Positions 25,479 to 31,297 of a DNA stretch of 31,297 bases are shown here, piece after piece. The translations under genes were made by a program, and so were the position numbers. The stretch comes from Desulfobacteria bacterium (GTDB lineage: Bacteria; Bacillota; Desulfitobacteriia; Desulfitobacteriales; JAJXUE01): assembly GCA_036260765.1 (NCBI GenBank), contig DATAMA010000051.1, positions 1-31,297 on the forward strand. Direction: 5' to 3'. The notes beneath the pieces are model-generated. The model searched no databases and was not told where the DNA came from. It saw nothing but the letters and a program-made list of their open reading frames with translations. The number at the start of each line of letters is the position of its first letter. Within the stretch, counting starts at the first letter, position 1.

Positions 25479-27113
25479 CTATTCCACACTAATCAGATAG
25501 TAGTATAAGGGCTGGCCGCCGCTGTGTACCTCAACTTCAGCGGTAAACTTTTGCTTTAGCGTATTTTCCAGCAGCTTGGCCGTTTGCTCATCAATCTCTT
25601 GCCCATAGAAAACTGTAATCAAATCGGCGGAGGAACCACCCATCTTGTCTATTAACTGCACGGTTAAGTCCAGGGCATCGTGGCCGGAGAGGGCAATACG
25701 CCCTTCAATCAGCCCGAGCATATCGCCGGATTTGATCGGGACCCCATCGAATTGTGAATTGCGTACGGCGTAGGTTACTTCTCCCGACTTCATGTCACCA
25801 AAGCTATGGTCGAGCGCCGTCATGTTTTCGGCAAAAGTGGCCTCAGGATTGAAGGCCAACACTGCCGCAATGCCCTGTGGAATAGACTTGGTTGCTACCA
25901 CATGGACTTCCTTGTCGACCAGGGTTTGCGCCTGTTGCGCCGCTAAAATAATATTGCCGTTATTCGGGAGTACAAAAATCCGCTTGGCCTTTACCTGTTT
26001 AATGGCCGAAACCAAGTCTTCAGTACTGGGATTCATGGTCTGTCCGCCCTGAACAATAGCATCAACGCCAAGGCTGCGAAAGATATCGATTAGTCCTTGT
26101 CCGACAGCAACCGCAATAATTCCCATCTCTTTTTCGGCAGTGTTTTGCTGTGCTTCATTTTTTGCCGCATGGGCTCTGGCTTCGCTTTGTTCACGCATGT
26201 TGTGAATCTGAACCTGATGTAACGATCCCAGGTTAGTCGCATAATCGAGGATGTGTCCAGGTGAGTTGGTATGGATATGAATTTTTACTACATTTTCCTC
26301 GCCGACTACCAGCAAACAGTCTCCATTCCCGATCAGGTCGGCTTTAATCCGCTCTACCTGAAGATTACGGCCCTTTAAAATGAATTCAGTACAGTACTGA
26401 AAAACTATCTCGTCACTCGTAATTTCCTGGGTTGCCGGCTGATACTGATTCGCAATTACCGGCATCGATTCAATTTCTTCGTTACCAAGTGAGGCAATCC
26501 AGCCTTCAATCACGGTAAGAAATCCTTGGCCCCCCGCGTCTACAACCCCAGCCTCCTTCAAGGTGGGTAACAGTTCAGGTGTTCTGGCCAGTGCTGATTT
26601 CCCATGCAGGCGCGCTGCCTCTAAAACCTGAAGAATATCTTTATCCTGTTTAGCCGCCCTCACGGCTGCCTTCGCCGTGTCGCGGGAGACAGTGAGAATA
26701 GTACCTTCTACCGGTTTCATTACCGCTTTGTAGGCGGTATCCACACCGGTCTGCAGCGCTAAGGCCAACTCCTTGCCGGTAGCGAACTTTCTGCCTTCAA
26801 GTCCCTTGGCAAAACCTCTAAACAGTTGTGACAATATTACGCCGGAATTACCACGGGCCCCCATCAGAGAACCCATGGACGCCGCCGCTGCAACATCTGT
26901 TACATTTGGGTTAACCAAGGCACTTACTTCCTTGGCGGCGGATTGCATCGTCAAAGACATGTTGGTTCCGGTATCCCCATCCGGAACCGGGAAAACGTTA
27001 AGGGCATCAATTACTTCTTTCTGCCGGTCAAGTGTCCTGCTCCCGCCAATAATCATTTGCCGGAGCTGTTCACCGGTTAATTTCGTTATGATCAAATCAG
27101 AATCCCGGTACAC
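25479..27113 (-). CDS. fakA: DAK2-domain fatty acid kinase subunit A (YloV-like)
   Basis: LNVFPVPDGDTGTNM, GARGNSGVILSQ, EGTILTV, DAGGQG, YCTEF, GGQTMNPS, GGQPLYYY. Start codon uncertain. Confidence 0.93.
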   Translation of the reverse strand: MYRDSDLIITKLTGEQLRQMIIGGSRTLDRQKEVIDALNVFPVPDGDTGTNMSLTMQSAAKEVSALVNPNVTDVAAAASMGSLMGARGNSGVILSQLFRGFAKGLEGRKFATGKELALALQTGVDTAYKAVMKPVEGTILTVSRDTAKAAVRAAKQDKDILQVLEAARLHGKSALARTPELLPTLKEAGVVDAGGQGFLTVIEGWIASLGNEEIESMPVIANQYQPATQEITSDEIVFQYCTEFILKGRNLQVERIKADLIGNGDCLLVVGEENVVKIHIHTNSPGHILDYATNLGSLHQVQIHNMREQSEARAHAAKNEAQQNTAEKEMGIIAVAVGQGLIDIFRSLGVDAIVQGGQTMNPSTEDLVSAIKQVKAKRIFVLPNNGNIILAAQQAQTLVDKEVHVVATKSIPQGIAAVLAFNPEATFAENMTALDHSFGDMKSGEVTYAVRNSQFDGVPIKSGDMLGLIEGRIALSGHDALDLTVQLIDKMGGSSADLITVFYGQEIDEQTAKLLENTLKQKFTAEVEVHSGGQPLYYYLISVE

Positions 27114-27146
27114 AAAAAACCGGGAGTCACCTCCCTTGAGTTAGGC

Positions 27147-27503
27147 CTATTTCGGAATGCGAACTCCTTCTACATTCACATTGACAGTAGTTACCGGGAG
27201 CCCTGTCATGTTTTCTACGGTAAACCGCACCTTGTCAATCACATTATTGGCAACCTCAGATATACGTATTCCATAGCCAACTATTATAAATAAGTCGATC
27301 GTTACCTGATTTTCCTCGACTTTCACCTGTACGCCTTTAGATAGGGATTCTCTGCCGAGCAATTCGACAAAGCCATCACTTAGTTTTCGGGAGGCCATTC
27401 CAACTAAACCATAGCACTCCACTGCCGCGACCCCGGCTATAGTTGCAATAACCTCTTCCGAAATCTCAATTTTGCCAAGGTTATTGGAAATTTCCTTCCC
27501 CAC
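27147..27503 (-). CDS. Asp23/Gls24 family protein (YloU-like)
   Basis: GKIEISEEVIATIAG..AVECYGLVGM, IIVGYG..ISEVA; directly upstream of fakA. Confidence 0.92.
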   Translation of the reverse strand: MGKEISNNLGKIEISEEVIATIAGVAAVECYGLVGMASRKLSDGFVELLGRESLSKGVQVKVEENQVTIDLFIIVGYGIRISEVANNVIDKVRFTVENMTGLPVTTVNVNVEGVRIPK

Positions 27504-27605
27504 AACATTTTCCCCCTCTAACCAAAATTAGGCACCCTTTCGCTATAAGTTGTGAAAAATCCAGAATTTTATGCAACATCACAAACGATGTCACAAAGCA
27601 GTACT

Positions 27606-27632
27606 ATTCGACATTTTCGCCTAAATTCCTGC
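27606..27632 (-). promoter_or_regulatory. sigmaH promoter for asp23-fakA, with an overlapping Spo0A-box-like TGTCGAA
   Basis: GCAGGAATT-11 nt-GTCGAAT matches the Bacillus sigmaH consensus RNAGGAWWW-N11/12-RNNGAAT. Confidence 0.7.
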
Positions 27633-27722
27633 GTCAACTCGAGTATACAATCTACACACCATACTAGCGAATAACGCGAGATTCCAAAGCGCTCCGAACT
27701 GGCGCCAACACGTTGCTACGAT

Positions 27723-27746
27723 AAAAAAACGGGGTAATTATCCCCG
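27723..27746 (-). terminator. Intrinsic terminator after the DUF1858 gene
   Basis: CGGGG-ATAATTA-CCCCG followed by U7, directly after the stop. Confidence 0.7.
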
Positions 27747-27953
27747 CTATGCCAATTCGTTCAGTTCCTTCAGCAGTAGTGTTAAATCAATTTCAAGCGT
27801 TTGGGCACATGTTTCAATCGTCTCAAACTCGGACCCAAGACAGTTTACACAGTGCATGCCGTACTTGATGAAAATATCTTTTGACTGTGGCTTTGTCTGC
27901 AGCACTTCCAAAATTTGCGTATCCTTGGAAATCAACACAGCCACCTCTTTCAT
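27747..27953 (-). CDS. DUF1858 / hybrid-cluster-associated redox disulfide-like small protein
   Basis: ISKDTQILEVL...IFIKYGMHCVNC..SEFETIE...IDL..LLKELN. True start may be TTG 27935 (GAGGTG upstream). Confidence 0.82.
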   Translation of the reverse strand: MKEVAVLISKDTQILEVLQTKPQSKDIFIKYGMHCVNCLGSEFETIETCAQTLEIDLTLLLKELNELA

Positions 27954-28027
27954 AAAATTACTTCGTAATGTTATCTATTCTACCGACAGGACTTCTATCC
28001 TTCTTGATATATTATATAGGAAAATTC

Positions 28028-28056
28028 TTGCCATCACCATCAATATTTGATAAAAT
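28028..28056 (+). promoter_or_regulatory. sigmaA promoter of rpmB
   Basis: TTGCCA-17 nt-TAAAAT with TG at the extended position. Confidence 0.75.
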
Positions 28057-28125
28057 AAAGCAGTGATTTTTTCGAACCCGTTGTTTTTACCTCGCGACGG
28101 AGTAGGGTGCAAAGGAGGTTAACAC

Positions 28126-28317
28126 ATGGCTAAGGTTTGTGATATTTGCGGCAAAGGCGTAACAACCGGCATTCAGGTCAGCCATTCTCATATTCGTAGC
28201 AAACGGACCTGGGTTCCCAACCTGCAAAGAGTACGTGCAATTGTGAACGGTACACCGGTCCGGGTTAAGGTTTGCACCAGATGCTTGCGCTCCGGCAAAG
28301 TTCAACGCGCGATTTAG
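28126..28317 (+). CDS. rpmB: 50S ribosomal protein L28 (Zn-binding form)
   Basis: MAKVCDICGK..TG..VSHSHIRSKRTWVPNLQ...VCTRCLRSGKV; RBS GGAGGT. Confidence 0.97.
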   Translation: MAKVCDICGKGVTTGIQVSHSHIRSKRTWVPNLQRVRAIVNGTPVRVKVCTRCLRSGKVQRAI

Positions 28318-28331
28318 ACAATAAGCATGTG

Positions 28332-28367
28332 AAAAAGCCTTAAGCGTTTAACGCTTAAGGCTTTTTT
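28332..28367. terminator. Bidirectional intrinsic terminator after rpmB
   Basis: 17-bp arms AAAAAGCCTTAAGCGTT/AACGCTTAAGGCTTTTT with U-runs on both strands. Confidence 0.85.
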
Positions 28368-28433
28368 GTATTTTGGGCAAGGTTACGCGTTTTTTTTATA
28401 TTTTTACATGGATTAAGTTTAAGCTGCCGGAAA

Positions 28434-28595
28434 CTAATGAAACCGAGGACGTTCCGGGATAGCGGTCGGTACCTTATTGCCCTGCTTCTGAATGTTTTGA
28501 TCAATATTCCGCTCTTTTTGCGTATCAAATTCAGTAAAAATTCGATCGTGGATTGTAAACGGTTCCTTCGTCCGGGAACTTTTTTTTGCGCCCAT
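28434..28595 (-). CDS. Uncalled 53-aa hydrophilic protein MGAKKSSRTKEPFTIHDRIFTEFDTQKERNIDQNIQKQGNKVPTAIPERPRFH
   Basis: GGAGGT 6 nt before ATG 28595; TAG at 28434; fills an otherwise empty 390-bp gap; below the size cut-off of the ORF track. Confidence 0.65.
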   Translation of the reverse strand: MGAKKSSRTKEPFTIHDRIFTEFDTQKERNIDQNIQKQGNKVPTAIPERPRFH

Positions 28596-28651
28596 CGACT
28601 TACCTCCGTCTAGCCGTTGTTGTCAGCTGTAACCTGTCTTTGTCTGTTTAC

Positions 28652-28680
28652 AGTATTGGCCAGGCGCATTTATCCTATTC
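28652..28680 (-). promoter_or_regulatory. sigmaG/sigmaF-like promoter for the 53-aa ORF
   Basis: GAATA-17 nt-CAATACT on - strand. Confidence 0.4.
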
Positions 28681-28708
28681 CGTGTTTTCTTTCGGTGAGG
28701 CGATTTTA

Positions 28709-29599
28709 TTATAACTGGCCTTGGTCCTTAACTTGGCGGATCAGCGCCTCCAACTCAGCCCGATTAAAGGTATAGCGTTCATTACAGAAGTGGCAGGTAA
28801 GTTCGACGTAACCCTGTGTCTCCAGCATATCTTCGAGTTCCTCGCACCCCATGCTGATTAGAATACGCTCCAGCCTGTCTTTGGAGCAATGGCACGCAAA
28901 TCTGACCGGGCGCTGTTCATGAATCACCAGCGGTAGGCCTACGGTAATCATCTTTAATATTTGTTCAGCGCTGTTTCCATCCGTTACCAGAGAGCTGACC
29001 GGCGGCAAATTTTTGATATTCTGCTCAAGTCGATCAATTGTTTCCGAGCTTGCCCCAGGCATCATTTGTAACAAAAATCCCCCTGCAGCCAGGACTGAAT
29101 TATCGGTATCGACCAAAACGCCAAGCGCAACTGCCGAAGGGGTTTGTTCGGAATACGTTAAATAATGAGCTATGTCCTCGGCGATCTCACCGGAAACGAG
29201 TTCTACGCTTCCGGTATAGGGATCGCCAAAGCCCATGTCCCGGGCAACGTAGAGAAAGCCTTTGCCGACTGCGCCACCGACATCAAGTTTCCCGGCTTCG
29301 GTTGGCGGAAGATGAGTGTGCGGTTCCTGCACGTAACCGCGAACAGCACTGCAGGCATCAGCGCTCACAATTACGCCTCCGAGCGGACCGTCGCCCATCA
29401 CCCGGATTGTCAATGTATCTTCTCCCTTGAGGTTGGTCGCCAGCAATAACCCGGCAGTCAGCGTCCTCCCCAAAGCGGCTGTTGCCGTCGGAAAAGTGTC
29501 ATGCCGTTTTCGCGCTTCTTCTACAAGGTCGGTCGTAACGGCCGCAACGATCCTCGCCGAACCCCCGGCAACAGTAGCCAGTAATAACTGATCTTTCAT
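28709..29599 (-). CDS. hslO: Hsp33 redox-regulated chaperone
   Basis: ALGRTLTA, GDGPLGG, YTGSVELVSGEIAEDIAHYLTYSEQTPS, AAGGFLLQMMP, CxC (CHC) and CxxC (CHFC) Zn centre. Confidence 0.96.
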   Translation of the reverse strand: MKDQLLLATVAGGSARIVAAVTTDLVEEARKRHDTFPTATAALGRTLTAGLLLATNLKGEDTLTIRVMGDGPLGGVIVSADACSAVRGYVQEPHTHLPPTEAGKLDVGGAVGKGFLYVARDMGFGDPYTGSVELVSGEIAEDIAHYLTYSEQTPSAVALGVLVDTDNSVLAAGGFLLQMMPGASSETIDRLEQNIKNLPPVSSLVTDGNSAEQILKMITVGLPLVIHEQRPVRFACHCSKDRLERILISMGCEELEDMLETQGYVELTCHFCNERYTFNRAELEALIRQVKDQGQL

Positions 29600-29626
29600 G
29601 ATGCCTCCAATATTAATTTATATTTT

Positions 29627-29713
29627 TTAAAAATCCATTTTACTTATGGTCTCACCATTGTCGAGCCTGATTATGCGTACTTCCCGATCTTCCAGCACCG
29701 CGACGCTAGGCAC
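29627..29713 (-). pseudogene. Probable 3' remnant of a YfcE-like metallophosphoesterase gene
   Basis: VPSVAVLEDREVRIIRLDNGETISKMDF* resembles the YfcE-family C-terminal strands; no RBS, no upstream NPGS motif, and an in-frame stop inside thiN. Confidence 0.35.
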
Positions 29714-29730
29714 TTTGCAAGAATAGTTTC

Positions 29731-30378
29731 CTATTCCCTGGACTTAATTATTAGTAAAAGGCCCGTTTGTACGGTAACTTTGGCCGGAGAGTGTACAATT
29801 ACGTTGCTGATGCCGTAAGGATTGCCCAGCGTAAACGTTCCGTCTTTTACTTGGTATTTTAGGTTTTCAGTGGTTATTCCGGTTACTTTAGTCGTTAGAG
29901 GCAGAAGGGAGACTGTTTCTCCGGGTAACCCATTGATGATTGCTGTGGCATCGGTAAGCGTGATTTCATTGCATTCGTCCCGGATTATGCCCTTAACGCC
30001 ATTAGTCTGCAAGAAGGCCAATAGCGAAATAGCGCCCAGGCTATGATCCAGGCGGTTTCCGGTAGCCCCCAGGATGATAACTTCGTCTGCCCCCGCCTGA
30101 ATCGCTGCCTTTAAAGCTATTTTCAGGTCGGTATCATCCTTTTCCACCGGATACTTTTTAATGGGGATGCGCTGATCCCGATAAAAAGCAAGGGCAGACG
30201 GATTGATGGAATCAAGGTCACCAATAATTAAGGCGGGACGGTACTTAAGCCGATAGGCATGATTTGTTCCCCCATCGGCGCAGATCAGCAAATCGAGCTG
30301 TTGTAATTGTTGTTCCAACCATTGATCACTTGTAACTTGACCGTTAGCCAATACGCCAACTCGCAACGTCTTTTGCAT
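29731..30378 (-). CDS. thiN: Thiamine pyrophosphokinase
   Basis: CADGG, IIGDLDSI, EKDDTDL, GATGNRLDH, LKYQV...GISN. Confidence 0.94.
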   Translation of the reverse strand: MQKTLRVGVLANGQVTSDQWLEQQLQQLDLLICADGGTNHAYRLKYRPALIIGDLDSINPSALAFYRDQRIPIKKYPVEKDDTDLKIALKAAIQAGADEVIILGATGNRLDHSLGAISLLAFLQTNGVKGIIRDECNEITLTDATAIINGLPGETVSLLPLTTKVTGITTENLKYQVKDGTFTLGNPYGISNVIVHSPAKVTVQTGLLLIIKSRE

Positions 30379-30391
30379 TATACTCCACCCT

Positions 30392-30421
30392 AAACAACAA
30401 AGCCCCCACGCTGGGAGGCTT
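30392..30421 (-). terminator. Possible terminator between rpe and thiN
   Basis: AAGCCTCC-CAGCGT-GGGGGCTT then TGTTGTTT on - strand. Confidence 0.4.
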
Positions 30422-30424
30422 GGA

Positions 30425-31102
30425 TTACATCAGTATTTTGTCGTTTATTTCGTTGGTTTTGTGTCCGATCTCCCCCCACTTTGTTCGACCGCTCTCGCCT
30501 TGGGATCTGATCTGTCGTATCGCGGTTTCAACATTTTCAGCGCCGAAAACCGCTGAGCCGGCAACCAATACCGTTGCGCCCGCTCGAGTCACGGTTGATG
30601 CTGTAGCGGCGGAGATTCCACCATCTACCTCAATTTCCGTGTTAAGTCCATACTTTTCAACATGTTTGGCCAAAATATCGATTTTCGGCACGACTGAATG
30701 AATAAATTTTTGCCCGCCGAATCCTGGGTTGACCGTCATCAGTAAAACGAGGTCGACATCCTCCAGGACATATTTGATGGCATCAAGCGGCGTAGCCGGA
30801 TTAAGGGCCACTCCTGCCTTCGCCCCAAGCGCCTTGATCTCTTGCAGTGTTCGATGCAAGTGCCGCGTGGCTTCGGCGTGAACCGTAACTACATCCGCAC
30901 CCGCCGTGACAAATGCCTCTAAATAGCGTTCCGGTTCTTCAATCATAAGATGTACGTCAAATACTAATTGACTGTGCGGCCGCAGCGCCGCAACGACTAA
31001 GGGGCCGATCGTAATATTTGGTACAAAGCGTCCGTCCATCACATCAATATGCAAATATTCGACACCTGCAGCCTCCACCTTGGTCACATCGGACTGAAGG
31101 TT
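30425..31102 (-). CDS. rpe: Ribulose-phosphate 3-epimerase, lacking its first 14 codons on this strand
   Basis: [44 protein letters not shown]. The 5' end is replaced at the fold-back junction. Confidence 0.95.
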   Translation of the reverse strand, partial: NLQSDVTKVEAAGVEYLHIDVMDGRFVPNITIGPLVVAALRPHSQLVFDVHLMIEEPERYLEAFVTAGADVVTVHAEATRHLHRTLQEIKALGAKAGVALNPATPLDAIKYVLEDVDLVLLMTVNPGFGGQKFIHSVVPKIDILAKHVEKYGLNTEIEVDGGISAATASTVTRAGATVLVAGSAVFGAENVETAIRQIRSQGESGRTKWGEIGHKTNEINDKILM

Positions 31103-31158
31103 ATCAAAATTACCTCGCGTTTTTGACAGAAGTTATTGAGCAGGAGAGGAGATTTTGA
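31102..31158 (+). other. rsgA: Flipped 3' end of the gene upstream of rpe, probably rsgA (cpgA)
   Basis: [18 protein letters not shown] resembles the RsgA C-terminal helix; rsgA precedes rpe in Firmicutes. Confidence 0.6.
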
Positions 31159-31161
31159 GAT

Positions 31162-31297
31162 TTGATTAAGTTAGCGCCGTCAATCCTGGCGGCTAATTTT
31201 GCTAACCTTCAGTCCGATGTGACCAAGGTGGAGGCTGCAGGTGTCGAATATTTGCATATTGATGTGATGGACGGACGCTTTGTACCAAATATTACGA
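31162..31297 (+). other. rpe: Flipped copy of the true rpe 5' end (partial)
   Basis: TTG start after AGGAGAGG; [45 protein letters not shown] runs off the window. Confidence 0.9.

Larger units (their letters stand above)
31009..31297. repeat. Inverted duplication (fold-back): arms 31009-31112 and 31194-31297
   Basis: 31009-31103 is the exact reverse complement of 31203-31297; pairing continues to 31112/31194 with one mismatch (31104/31202). Confidence 0.95.

Noticed and set aside
27700-27735. preQ1-I-like A-rich tail ATAAAAAAAC
   Set aside because: No 5-bp P1 stem/loop; it is the U-tract of the DUF1858 terminator read on the other strand.
28416-28462. KLPE peptide on the + strand as a possible spoVM
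   Set aside because: Wrong strand, no start/RBS, acidic rather than amphipathic (FKLPETNETEDVPG*).
29038-29449. + strand ORFs opposite hslO
   Set aside because: Antisense shadows.
1-31297. CRISPR arrays, tRNA/rRNA, IS elements, integrases, T-boxes
   Set aside because: None recognised by eye; all long ORFs are explained by housekeeping or sporulation families. A tRNAscan/Infernal run was not possible.

Overview
Core chromosomal segment of a spore-forming, Clostridia-type Firmicute (gpr, ylbJ, SASP-like gene, FapR-controlled fab cluster); almost all genes lie on the - strand. Left to right: 3' end of a GGDEF gene (+), smc, an Elp3-like radical SAM gene, rnc, the fatty-acid/phospholipid cluster fabF, FabX-like flavoprotein, acpP, fabG, fabD, fabK, fabH, plsX, fapR (with sigmaA promoter and FapR operator), rpmF, DUF177, ackA, patatin (ylbK-like), ylbJ (+), a coiled-coil protein, rsmD, gpr (+), a 46-aa SASP-like gene, a triple C4 zinc-ribbon repeat gene (+), recG with a long N-terminal extension, sdaAA, sdaAB, fakA (DAK2), asp23-like, DUF1858, rpmB (+), an uncalled 53-aa ORF, hslO, a probable gene remnant, thiN and rpe. 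The last about 290 bp are a fold-back (inverted duplication) of the rpe 5' end and rsgA 3' end, most likely an amplification/assembly chimera. I saw no rRNA, tRNA, CRISPR array or transposase. Best candidates for new biology: the triple zinc-ribbon protein, the 53-aa ORF in the slot where Bacillus has spoVM, the FabX-like [4Fe-4S] paralog in the fab cluster, and the half-SASP next to its protease GPR. All family assignments come from motif recognition, not database searches; promoter calls are consensus matches only.
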